Positions 27,761 through 43,239 of a DNA stretch of 64,000 nucleotides are shown here, piece by piece; the first letter of the stretch is position 1, and each line of letters begins with the position of its first letter. The stretch comes from Eledone cirrhosa (taxonomy: Eukaryota): NCBI GenBank assembly GCA_964016885.1, contig OZ024740.1:256432001-256496000 (forward strand). Reading direction: 5' to 3'. The translations under genes and the position numbers were made by a program. The notes below the pieces were generated by a model that saw only the letters and a program-made list of their open reading frames with translations, was not told the origin of the DNA and did no database searches.

Positions 27761-27945
27761 AATTGTTTCTACTTTAGGCACAAGGCCAGCAATTACCCAG
27801 TACATTACTGGTACTTTATTTTATCGACCCCGTAAGGATGAAAGGCAAAGTCAACCTCGGCGGGATTTGAACTCAGATCATAAAGGGACGTAACTATGCT
27901 GGAAAGCATGGCATCCGACCCTCCACCAATACTGCCAGTTGACCG
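27761..27945 (-). mobile_element. SINE family 1 copy
   Basis: Reverse complement of the family sequence. Confidence 0.88.
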
Positions 27946-28023
27946 CCTATATATAAATATAATATTATTCAAAATGTTAATAAATGAAAAATATACTCAT
28001 AATCATTCTCGATGACTAGTTTT

Positions 28024-28085
<62 letters not shown>

Positions 28086-28425
28086 TGTATATATATATAT
28101 ATCCTCACATTCAGTGTGCCTATTTTAATGGCTCTTCTGCAGTACAAAACTGTATTCTTTATATTGCCTCAGAGACAGCTGATCCCTCATCCACTTGCCC
28201 TCCCTGTGGCTCTAAACCAGCAGAGTCATAAACCAGACTGCTCCTTGACAATGTAGTTTGGGGCTCTTACCGGCTCTTACCGGCACCACTCGAATAAGGT
28301 AATTATTTAACCCATAAATGACCTAGGAGTGTTAACAACTAAGGAGTAACTCCACATTCCCCACAGCTCCTGAACTCCCGACCGGACCCTTGCCACTGGA
28401 TGCAGTTTAATGTCATACCCAGGAC

Positions 28426-31197
<2,772 letters not shown>

Positions 31198-31236
31198 TAT
31201 ATACATATATATATACGTATATATACATATATATAC

Positions 31237-31319
<83 letters not shown>

Positions 31320-31364
31320 CATATATATATACATATATATATACGTATATATACATATATATAC

Positions 31365-31436
<72 letters not shown>

Positions 31437-31496
31437 GCATATATATATATATACATATATATATATACATATATATACATACATATATATATATAT

Positions 31497-31592
<96 letters not shown>

Positions 31593-31594
31593 GT

Positions 31595-33900
31595 AGTGGC
31601 AGGGCACTCAGTCGATGAGACGAGTTAGGTAGAAGTGGTTACACAACAGTTAGTTCACCATACCGAGAACAATTGCTTCACCTTAGCGGATCCTCAGCTC
31701 GGAATGGGCATGGTTATAGGAACAGTAAGGATAACCGTACGAACACGCATGCGCAGAAACCCGGTCACTTCACACTGGCAATACTAGACTGCGTGCGAGA
31801 GGTGTAAGGGATATAACTGCGAAAGTCCGAAACGTTTTTAGGTTGAAAATAAAATTACAAAGAATCAGGCCGAAGCCTTGTAGTTATGCAATAGGTGTTT
31901 GGCGACGTGTGGACAACGTGTGAAAAATTCATTTCTCGTGTTTAGGCAATCACTAGCGTAATCTCTTTAGAATAGTTATTCGTTCGTCAATACATAAGCC
32001 ACACGTCAGATTTCCCCCTGCGTATGGCTTGGACTTAGTGATGGCTTTCCATTGATGGAGTAGTCTATACTTGAGTCCTTGAGGGACCATACGTGGCTGT
32101 CGAGTTTCGTGGATGAACGTCTGTCCAGGTACCTGAAGTTAGATTGGTGGTTCGGGAAACGTTCCTTAAATCGACCTTCCGCCATGCCCACTGAGGATTT
32201 GACCTCCTGTGGTTCGTTTGGACGGTTGGAAGTGACTGGAGCTTCATAAATTACAGCTGGTGTGTTGCATTGCTGTTGAAGGGGGCAAGCTTCAGGCTTA
32301 CGGCAAGAACACCCTGGTGGGGTGTTGCTCCTAGGGCTGCTGGTGATGTAGGCCTTCATGTTCTTAGCGCAGGAGTATGCTAGTTTAACTGTGTGTCGGT
32401 TAAAGATGGAGCGGTATTTATGACCTATGGGAAAGTGTCTATCTAAGAGGGCTAGAAATTTTTTTCCTACATTGGTTTTAACGTTGAGTGAAAAGGGAGG
32501 AGAGAACCAGATAGTTTGTGTATTGTTGCGCTTACTTTTCTTAATGGTGTTGTTGCTAGTGGGAGAGTAGGTGATAGGTTGTGAGAAGCCGATGTAGCCA
32601 ACGCCGTGTTATAGTAGGGTGCCGCGCTGTCAAAGATAGCCTTATTAGAGGAGAGGTTTGAGATTCTAGTACTGATATTCTTAACAAAGTCTCTAAAAAC
32701 AGTGGGAGGGTGGCATGAGTCCTTGTGAATGTAATTGAGGTTCTCGTTTAGATTATGGAAGGGTCTGTCAGTGTGTGTGCGAAGGTCTAAATTAGTCTCT
32801 AAGAAATCTACGCTAGAGAAGTTGGTGGCTACTGTTATCCTAAGTCCTAACTCATTGAAGCTAGAAGCTAAGTCTTTTTTAAACCGGTCGAGGTCGTGAC
32901 CACTTTTATGGCTCGATAAAGTCAGCCCATCGTCGCGGTATATTCCCGTGTGGACATCCGGACATCTAACACGTAATATGTCTAAGATAAATAGGCCAAC
33001 CAAGTCACATACGTCAGCACTGTCAAACGATCCCATGGAGACGTCGAATAGGTCTGAAGTTGTAGACTTCTTTTCCCAGGCTACTCCGTCGTTGAAGAGG
33101 AGGGTTTTCCGGCAGTGAGCGATGATTTCCCTGTCTAAACCAGCGACGGTGGTAGCGAAGTCCAACGCTTTGTTAACAGGGTCTCTGAGATCGATGGGTA
33201 AATATCGACAATGTCAAACTGTGTGAACTTCACTTTTTTGGATTTTAAGTAGTTAAACCACTTAATTACGGAGTTGCTGTTCTCCCACTGAAACAGGTTG
33301 GACTTGGTCCTAATGGCCTTAAATATGTTTCTAAGTATGGCCTTACTGACTAGTCCCATATCTGTGCGTGCCGGGTTTATTAGTCTACATGTGGGGTTAG
33401 AAGTGAAGTCTACCTTGTGATCTTTCAGGGTGAGGAACGTCTCTCGCTTAGCTAGATATTGTAGCATCTTATCTACCTTAAGCTCGGTGGAAAGTTCTTT
33501 GGCTTCTGTATTAATGTCGTGGTAGGCCATAGGGTTAGGTTTCTTATATTTAGAAGTAATAGCGTTATGGGCCAGGTGGCGGAAAGTGGTGTTGACGACT
33601 TCGTAAATATTATTAGTTTTGTCGGAAAGAACGAAGGTGTTATTAGAAGACCTAAATTTCTTAATATCATTTCTGAGTTTAGTTTGAAAGGTGTTAGGGT
33701 GTTTGCGAAAGGAAATGTTAGCGACTACGTCAAGAAGGTCCGTCTCGAAAGGAGCAAGTTCAGTTACCGTAGGAGGGTAGGCTCTCAATTTCAGGTTGAA
33801 GGTGTTGTTGGTGCCTGTAATTTTGCCGTTAAAATCTAGGGTTCGCTATCTTAAGCGTCTGACGACATCTTCCGCTTTTTGTAGGAGGAGCTTTTAGTAA
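31595..33900 (-). mobile_element. Penelope-like element (Naiad-type), RT + GIY-YIG, frameshifted
   Basis: FLTLKDHK..CRLINPA, QFDIVDIYPSI, MGSFDSADVCDLVG, IYRDDGL, YIHKDSCHPP, CSCRKPEACPLQQQC (CxCx5Cx5C), VIYEA..VGMAEGRFKER and CGLC. Confidence 0.93.
31658..31707 (-). ncRNA. Hammerhead at the 3' end of the PLE, on the sense strand
   Basis: ccatt ccgag CTGAGGA t-cc-gctaa-gg-t GAAG caattg TT ctcgg tatgg. Stem I pairs 9 of 10 positions; A15.1 is replaced by G. Confidence 0.7.
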
Positions 33901-33941
33901 ACATGGTTTATATATTTATATATATTTATATATATATGTAA

Positions 33942-34012
<71 letters not shown>

Positions 34013-34038
34013 CATATATACCAATATATATTCACACA

Positions 34039-34079
<41 letters not shown>

Positions 34080-34562
34080 ATACATACATTAGTATGTATG
34101 TATACAAATTGATACATACGTATGTATGTGTGTGTGGCGAGATTAGGAGTTAATAAAAGCTGTAAAATGAATTCATAAAAGTATAAACAACAAATGACAA
34201 GATATATAAAGCAATAACAACAATGATAGCAACGTATAAATATAGTGAAGGTGACAATAAAGGAGGAAATAGACTGTCTTTAGGGTGTATGACACTAAGG
34301 ACATGTCTGGTCACCGAGGTGCAGCAAGTCTGTATTTATGATGGACTCTCTGATGACCTCTTCATTTCCACACCATTTACAGGACAACGTATCTCTCTAT
34401 CTATATATCCCTGTCTATCTCTCTATCTCTGTCTCTGATTTCTGTCTCTGTCAGATCCCCCCTCTCTCTCTCTCACTCTCTCTCTCTATATGTATGTATA
34501 TATATATATATATTTATAATATATACGTATATGTATGTAATGTTTCTCAAGCATCTGGCTTG

Positions 34563-34623
<61 letters not shown>

Positions 34624-34692
34624 ATATATGTGTGTGTATATATGTGTATATATATATATATATATATGTGTGTATATATATATATGTGTATA

Positions 34693-34733
<41 letters not shown>

Positions 34734-34784
34734 GTATATATACATATAATATATAACATATCTATATCTATATAACGCACCTGC

Positions 34785-34892
<108 letters not shown>

Positions 34893-35420
34893 GGAAATAA
34901 TGAAATTTCATTTGTCACTCTTAGTACGGCCGATACTTAAATATAAGTATTATACATATATGTATACAGACGTACAGTAGTATGTATATATATACATACA
35001 TGCACACATATATATATATATATGTACGTATGGGTTTACCGAACATTTATTATAATGTTCAGTTTGTTTATAAACAAGCAGCAGCCCGAAACAAGCCGTA
35101 CAGTGTTCGGCAACCATATTAACGGCTGAGCAGCCTAATTTGCATATCGAGTGAGTTAGTCGGCCGGGTGTACCGAAAACGATAAATGGAAAACATGAAA
35201 TTTCATTTCTCACTCTTAGTACGGCTGATACTTAAATAAGTATGTATACGTGCATTCATATGTGTATATAGATGTACAGTAGTATGTATATACATACATA
35301 CATGCATACATATTCGGGCTGTTTGTTTACAAACAAACCGAGAGTATATATATATATTTATATAAATATATATATATATGTTTGTATATATATTATATAT
35401 ATATATGTTTGTATATATAT

Positions 35421-35457
<37 letters not shown>

Positions 35458-36056
35458 GTGTGTGTGTTAGGTAATTCCGAAAGAAAAGCAAGGGAAAAGA
35501 GAGTGGTCTATGTATAGTACAGAGGTATTTAATTCTATTTTATATCTAACTAACTATATACATTTGGGTGTGTGGCTGAGTGGTTAGAGAATTGGATTCG
35601 CAATTGTAAGGTTGTGAGTTCTATTCCCGGACCGGATGATGCGTTCTGTCCTTGAACAAGACACTTTATTTCACGTTGCTCCTACTACCTGGAGTTGCGA
35701 CTGATAGATAGTATTAGCAACTGGAAACATTGTTTCCTCAGTCCGATTTGACGGAAGTCGATCGTTCCTTTTATATATATATAAAAGGAACGATCGACTT
35801 TGATTTTGTACCTAATTGAAGTATGGTTGGCTATATATCTAATCGATTTCTACGGGCTATTAGAAATACTGGGTAAATCTTCTGTGGCTGTTGATCGCGT
35901 ATAAAATAGCTATCATTTATTTATCTATTGTTTCTTCATAGGTGCTTTTTAAACTTATAGCATCGTTTAATTGATTTTTTTGTGTGGTTAATTATGCTGA
36001 TTGGGAGAGGAAATACTGTATACATTTTATCAAATGATTCTATGGACTTACTTTCT

Positions 36057-36203
<147 letters not shown>

Positions 36204-36511
36204 ATCCTTTGGGAGGGTCATGCTGCTAATAAAAAAAACACGCACCTGTTGGTTCTCACTTCAATTTATTATAAATTTCCGGTTGGTTGGTTCGATAACC
36301 GGATGGTTGTTCATATATTGTCAAAGCTCTTTCGTCTCACATTCTGTGACCTCTGCAGTAACTAGGTTTTTATTGTGTGTCTCTCCTTTGTTCTGTCCTA
36401 CACCATCTTGTTTCAAAAACAAGATGGTGTAGGACAGAACATAGGAGTGTTACAATATATGAACAACCATCCGCTTATCGAACCAACCAACCAGCTAACC
36501 AGCCAACGGCA

Positions 36512-37001
36512 ATTTCTGTCTGTTTGTGTGTTTGTTTGTGAACCTAAAACTCAAAAACTTCCAAACCGATATTGATGAAACTTGACACGTGTGTGGAGCT
36601 CATGCCCATTTCATTTCTTACGTATATTTCATTTTAATCAAAGGGTTAAAAATAAATAGGAAATGTGTATGCAAATGCTGATATGAATGTTATTTTCTGC
36701 CATAATTTTTAAAGCTATCAACCGATTTCCTTCAAACTTGAAACACAGATAGATTATGTGTTAAGGATGGTCTTTGGCTAAGGAGAATTATCCAGATCAC
36801 TCGAGCAAAGCGTAAGGTGATTTTCGATTAACTGATAAGCGAAATTTGGCTTCAGCTGTTGTGGGTTTAAAATGTTCTCCATAAATCAACTTAATATTCT
36901 CTGCTTGCTGGAACATATATGTTTGGTCTGAGAGGCATTGGACATTTTAATGGGAACCGGGAATACCCCCGCTCCCGGGTATTACCGGGTACCTCAGCTA
37001 G
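36512..37001 (+). mobile_element. Probable non-autonomous Helitron-like element nested in an HHR repeat
   Basis: 3' hairpin CCCGG..CCGGG followed by CTAG then T, and a 5' CTGTCTGTTTG/AAACCGATATTGATGAAACTTG motif. The host repeat resumes at 37002. Confidence 0.55.
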
Positions 37002-37232
37002 TTTAAAATAAATTGAAGAGAAAATCAACAGGTGTTTTTATTGGCAGTATGACCATCTCAAAGTATTACAATACTTGTTTCACCACACGTTTTCAGATAA
37101 GAAATCTTGCAAAACGAATTGAAAAACGAAGTATATATATATATATATATATATTATTAGGGTAAACATTGATGCAATTCAATTCAAGCACTTAACGTAC
37201 TTTTTCCACATAGGAGTGAAGGAGTAAATATC

Positions 37233-38321
37233 GAATAAGGAAAAGCGAAGTAGTTTCAGATATTCAAGTCCTTTAATAATAATGGTGTGATATATATTTC
37301 AATGACGACACTGGCCACACTGTTCTGTGTGCGAGTGTCGTATCATCATCAGACAGCTTGTTACATAATAAGGTTGTTTCCGAGGCTATCCAAATTGTTT
37401 TTGCATTTATTCACTATTGGTTCTGTTCTTTTCTTTTCTTTTGTGTACTTTATGTCTGTTTTTCTTTGATTCTGTTCCATGTGATGGAAATTATGACCGT
37501 GTAACAGATTGATTAATGCCTTGAACCATGTGGTTTGCCCTCCGTTATAATGTACGGCACTGTCGTTCAATATGTGGATAGAGTAACTGTAACACTAGAA
37601 TCCCTCCCAGAACTTATTACTTAAACTTCTCTCTCCATATTATTTACTCACTTCAATCTATATTTTTACTCAATCCGAATTATCACTTTGAAAAAAAAAA
37701 AATCTTTGAATTTAGAATTTTTTAATTTTTAATTGTTTAATTTATAATCTCTGATATTTGATTTAGGATTTTAACTTTTATTTTTAATTTTTATTTCCAA
37801 CTCTCATTCTTAACTTACAATGTAAAACCATAGTACCTAGAATTAAGTTTATTTTCCCTTATGAGTTGATGGTCAGTCTTACTGTCAACGCTTAGTGAAA
37901 GGCAGTATTATGACCTATAAAAACTAACACCCTCCCATCCCCTCTGGCTTTCGGCTGACTGCCACAGTAGTGATGGGTAGCAGTAAACTTTGGCAGGGCA
38001 TAGGTGGGCCACTGACAGCGAATTTCATTGAAATCTGCGGTGCTAATGGTCAACTTCCTTCGGACATGCGCTTGCGCAGACCGGTGGGGGTGAATTTGTA
38101 CTCACAAGGGAACGGATGAAAAACCCAAAAGCACGAACTTCATCCGTTCCCATGTCGATTCAATTTGGGTTGCCTCGGAAACAACCTTATTATGTAACAA
38201 GCTGTCTGATGATGACACGACACTCGCACACAGAACAGTGTGGCCAGTGTCGTCATTGAAATATATATCACAGCATTATTATTAAAGGACTTGAACATCT
38301 GAAACTACTTCGCTTTTCCTT

Positions 38322-38326
<5 letters not shown>
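37233..38326. mobile_element. Element with inverted arms of about 165 bp, each carrying an HHR (37284-37357 -, 38201-38274 +), around about 770 bp of non-coding DNA
   Basis: The arms are reverse complements, belong to the same family as 21905-22348, and are flanked by (TA)n. Confidence 0.82.
38201..38274 (+). ncRNA. Type I hammerhead with extended stem II
   Basis: gctgt CTGATGA [45-nt hairpin] GAAA tatata TC acagc. Confidence 0.7.
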
Positions 38327-38362
<36 letters not shown>

Positions 38363-38458
38363 ATAAAGATACTATTTATAGTTATGTATATACTATACTA
38401 TAAATAACTATAAACAGGAAAGGTCAGTAATTAATTACTACCTTATTACCAGTAAGAG

Positions 38459-38539
<81 letters not shown>

Positions 38540-38747
38540 TATACATATACACATACATATATATAAAACACCTGCTTGAGAAACACAACCAGGATTGAGC
38601 AATCAATACATCTCCTACGTAACACAAACTTTGTTCTTATTATATATATATATATATATATATACGTTATTCCGGGTTGAATCGGAGGTAACCACAGTAA
38701 GTAAGGTACTCAATACATTGCAGAGTATAAAAGTTTTAATATAGATG

Positions 38748-38798
38748 AGATTCTACAGGACTAGAACTGTTTCATTCTTTAGAAATCATCAGGAATCT
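38748..38798 (-). ncRNA. Type I hammerhead in inverted pLTR (38665-38812)
   Basis: agattc CTGATGA tttc-taaa-gaat GAAA cag-ttctagtc-ctg TA gaatct. Confidence 0.8.
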
Positions 38799-38812
38799 GG
38801 GTATCAAAAAAT

Positions 38813-39548
38813 ATGTTTAATGCATCTGCCTCCTACTACAATGACGCCCTCGCCCGTGGCGGATTTAAAGATAAGATAACTTACCTAGAAACCACCGGAA
38901 GATTGCAGAGGAGGAATAGACATAGGCAGATTAGCTGGTACAACCCTCCCTTCAATAGAGAGGTATCTACTCCGATAGCTAGGATTTTCTTCACTTTGCT
39001 GAAATTACACTTCCCCATACAACATAGGTACCACACCATCTTTAATAAGAACACAATAAGACTGTCTTACTCCACCACACCTAACCTAGCTAGGAATATA
39101 GCCAACCACAATTCTAAAAAATTAAATAGGCCAACCACCTCCGAACCCAATCCCCGGACTGGGGCTCTATGTAATTGCCTAAATAAGGAAGCATGCCCAC
39201 TTGAAAACAAATGCCTCACAAATGATATCGTATACAAATGCGATGTCATCTCAGGCACCGAGGATTGCAAAAAAACTTACATCGGCATGACCTCGAACAA
39301 CTTTAAGACCCGTTGGTATGCCCATACCCACTCCTTCAGAAGACCGGACAAATCAAATCAGACAACACTCGCCTCCTACGTTTGGGACCTCAAAAGGAAC
39401 TCCACCCCCTTCACGCTTAAACGGAATATACTCCAGAAAGCGCGCTCTTACAACGGAGGACACAAGGGCTGCGACCTTTGTATTTCAGAGAGCTACGAAA
39501 TTTTATTCGCCAAGGGCCCGCTACTGAACAAACTCTCTGAACACATTT
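38813..39548 (+). mobile_element. 5'-truncated Naiad-type PLE with an uninterrupted thumb + GIY-YIG frame
   Basis: WYNPPFN, IFNKNTIRLSYST, CNCLNKEACPLENKC, IVYKC..TYIGMT..FKTRWYAH, CDLCISE and LLNK. Confidence 0.92.
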
Positions 39549-40884
39549 AGTTTACAAATGCTGTTTTCGACGGACCAACTCCTAAACAAGAAAGATGAAC
39601 TGGTTACTGCATGTAAACATAGATTGCGTAGGACTTACCTCGCCCTCAAACCCCATAATGACCCGGGGGGGTAGACTAGGGCTATAACACCCCACTTGCC
39701 GATTTTGCAATGGGTAACCCCTGCTTGCCAAGGAAGACGTAAGATCTTCTTTGTATTCTTTTATCGCTTCCTTTATTTCCTTCCCCCCTCTCTCCTTAGT
39801 CCTTCTACCCCAGCTCTTCTCCTTTGTCGGCGTCTTTTCTCGCCCACCCGAGGCTACCCTTTGGCCCCTTGTAGCCTTAGTACCCCCACCCCCTCCCCTA
39901 GTCTATGCTAGATTTGGCGGACTCCGCCCTTTATAGCAGTTGGCTTAGACCCCGGATACTTGCCCCCTTTTTCCGACCGCTCCCACTATTCTCTGTGCCC
40001 TCTATATTTCTTAGTGGCACTTATGCCTTATTTTTTCGTTTCAGTATTTCTTTCTTCGCTTTTCTTTTGGGCGGGGCGGATTCTGAATTTATTTTTCCGT
40101 ATTCTACCTTTATTTCGTGCGAACTTTCATGTAGCTTGTTTTAGATCTTTTAGAGTTAGCATTAGTATATATTTTTCTCGGGACTCAGAATTATTATCTC
40201 GTACAAGTTCACTTTGCTGCACTGGGTGGTTGCTGGCATTGTGCCCGGGATGGAAACCTTTATTGTTTATTTCGTGGTAGTCTCTTTAGTATTTTGGCCC
40301 CTTTTGTTGACCCGTCACCGTATCATTTACGTACTTATACCTCTTAAAAGGGTCCTTGCCTTATCCGTCCCACCTAGTTCTTTTACTTATTTCGTTATTT
40401 CTTTATTTCTTTCTTTACTTCTTTCTTTCTTTATTTTATTCTAGCCTAACAATAGCTAGAGACCTAGGTCGTAGAATTTAATTTACTTTACTTTTTTCTT
40501 TATACTTATTTGCTTTTCTTCACTCTCAGTATTTTTCTTTCCTATATATTTCTACCCCCCATTGTTCTACCTACCGTTCCGACTTCCTCCCCCTCCCCCT
40601 CCCCTGTATCTTCTTTGACCTCATGCCCAGCTGTAGCTGGCACTACCAACGCTTGATTGGGTCTACTCCACCCCCTCCCCTCTTTCTCCTACTGGCAGGT
40701 TTAGCCACCATCTCCCCTACTAATTTGCAACCACAGAATTACTACTGATTTTTGACAATCACTTTGACCATATATGGAATTACCCCTTGAGAAGATCGGC
40801 TATTTAAATACCAGGATAATTTTCATTTAGTCCAGAATTAGCCGTCGAAACGGCTTGAGCTCAGCTGTCGGGGTCTTACTGGTT

Positions 40885-40887
<3 letters not shown>
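39549..40887 (+). mobile_element. 3' end of a second PLE: extreme C-terminus, pyrimidine-rich UTR of about 1.2 kb and terminal HHR
   Basis: SLQMLFSTDQLLNKKDELVTACKHR repeats the preceding ILF..LLNK motif. The segment ends with an HHR and then (TA)n. Confidence 0.65.
40782..40874 (+). ncRNA. Type I hammerhead with U3:A8 covariant core
   Basis: acccc TTGAGAA ga-t-cggcta...tagccgtc GAAA cggct-tgagctc-agctg TC ggggt. All three stems pair. Confidence 0.75.
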
Positions 40888-40969
<82 letters not shown>

Positions 40970-41034
40970 TTGTGTGTATGTGTGTGTATATGTATATATA
41001 TGTATATATGTGTGTGTATATATATATATGTATT

Positions 41035-41065
<31 letters not shown>

Positions 41066-41168
41066 TATATATATATATGTCTATGTGTATATATATGTAT
41101 ATGTATACACATGTATATTTGTGTGTATGTATGTATGTGTGTGAGTGTATTTATATGTGTATATATGA

Positions 41169-41199
<31 letters not shown>

Positions 41200-41211
41200 T
41201 TTGTGTCTGTG

Positions 41212-41246
<35 letters not shown>

Positions 41247-41808
41247 ATATAGATATATTTATATATGTGTGTGTGTTTTTATGTGTGTATATGTGTATGT
41301 GTATGTGTGTTTATGGTTGCGCGCGAGTGTGTGAGTGAGTGTGTGTTTTTTTTGTGAATGTGTCTGTTGATTTTTGGCATATAGTTGATTAGTTTAAGAG
41401 AAGTTCGAAGATAATTGTAAGATATGCACTCAGTATTTTGAATCTGTCTACAGAATTCTCTAAACCTTTGTCACTTAGTAGAACCTTAATGAATTTAGCT
41501 TTTAAAGAATCTCCCTTTCCTTTAATTCTATCTACCATGATTGACCCCCCACTGATCTTATAGACATCTGTTAGCTTAAGAGAAACTTAATGACAAGGAA
41601 TGGTATGCCATCCGGAACCTGTTTATAGAATTATGTCTGCCTTTGTTACTCTAAAAACAAAAATTAATAAAAATAAACTATAGCTTTGTAGAATTAGCTT
41701 TTAATGAATTCCCTTTTCTATCAACCAATGACCTACACCCATCCCACTCCCCACCCTCTCCTACCACTTGTAGAGACCTATAAATACCATATTTATTTTT
41801 TGATACCC

Positions 41809-41859
41809 AGATTCCTGATGATTTCTAAAGAATGAAACAGTTCTAGTCCTGTAGAATCT
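41809..41859 (+). ncRNA. Type I hammerhead, identical to the reverse complement of 38748-38798
   Basis: agattc CTGATGA tttctaaagaat GAAA cagttctagtcctg TA gaatct. Confidence 0.8.
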
Positions 41860-41871
41860 CATCTATATTAA

Positions 41872-41904
<33 letters not shown>

Positions 41905-41906
<2 letters not shown>

Positions 41907-42810
41907 AATCTTCGCATATGTTTCCAAGCTCCAGAAGTTCATCAATGGCGTGGGTGAACGGATATACCTCCAATCAGACCTACTGGCTGTTATCCAATCG
42001 GCGGAAAAGAACAATATGCTACTGAACGAGGATGTCCTGGAAGTCCCATACTCCCTTCATTCAGGTGAAACTCTCGTGACATCCAACAACATCAGAAACT
42101 TGGCAGTAATTGTGTACAACAGCATAAGCTGGGCTACTCATATAAAGAGCAAATGGCCCGCAGAATATGTTCCTGAATTCGCAGAACTTTCCTTCTCTTC
42201 TCCACTTTTGTCCGACCCCACCTTGAATACTGTTGTCCACTGTGGTCTCCCCACACAAAGCAAAGTTTCATGAAAGTTGAAGCAACTCAAAGGTCAATTA
42301 TAAAAAAGATAGACGGCATGTCAGGCCTTGAATATTGGACTCGACTAGAAAAATTCAAACTTTATTCTCTACAACGCTGGGGCGAGTGCAACATTATCTG
42401 CATGATGTGGTAAGTATTTCCGAAATGATGTTGGCATCACCTTTAAGGTACACCCAAGGCTTGGGCCCCGTGCTATCCGCCCACAACAAAAATCAAACAC
42501 GCATCTTATAACAACAATACGGCACAATTATTTCACCTCAATTGACCCCGTTCTCTGTAACATTACACCAAAACACATTAAAACAGAAACGACCCCATAA
42601 AGTTCAAGAAGTCTTTGGACAAATTCCTTCAGGAAATCCCGGATAAACCTCCTACACACGGACATGTCTCTGCAAACAATAACTCTCTATTTGAGAGGAT
42701 CGTGGTTTCTAAATCCTGATTTTAAAGACTTCGCCAGGCGTGCTATTAAGTTAGACATGGCCTAGGCCATTACTGGCCAAAACCTATCAAAGTCAAAGTT
42801 AAGTTATCAA

Positions 42811-42815
<5 letters not shown>
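41905..42815 (+). mobile_element. CR1-group LINE 3' fragment
   Basis: LQSDLLAVIQ..NNMLLN, VRPHLEYCCPLWSP and YWTRLEKFKLYSLQR, with a short tandem TCAAAG/TTAAG tail. Confidence 0.75.
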
Positions 42816-42841
<26 letters not shown>

Positions 42842-43094
42842 GTAACTAAGAAAGTGTGGCAAAAATCCAGGTGGACCATAACGCACAAGGGTACTCGATA
42901 TTTAGGATAGTAGAGTGGGTAATAGGAAAAAGAATCAGAACCCCGACGGCTGAGCTCCGGACGTTTCCGATCTGGCTGTCGAAATGGCCGGAGCTCAACT
43001 TTCGGGTCCTGACATTTTCCTATACACACACACATAAGACGCCCCCCCACCCCCCCACACACACAAACACACACACAAACACACAACCACACGC

Positions 43095-43197
<103 letters not shown>

Positions 43198-43239
43198 CAT
43201 ATATATGATGGCTGCAAACTTTGCTAAGAGTATTGCAAT

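Noticed and set aside
31880-33900. Selenocysteine (UGA) recoding as reported for some Naiad PLEs
   Set aside because: The conserved Cys positions I checked in the linker and GIY-YIG here and at 38813-39548 are TGT/TGC. The interruptions look like ordinary decay.
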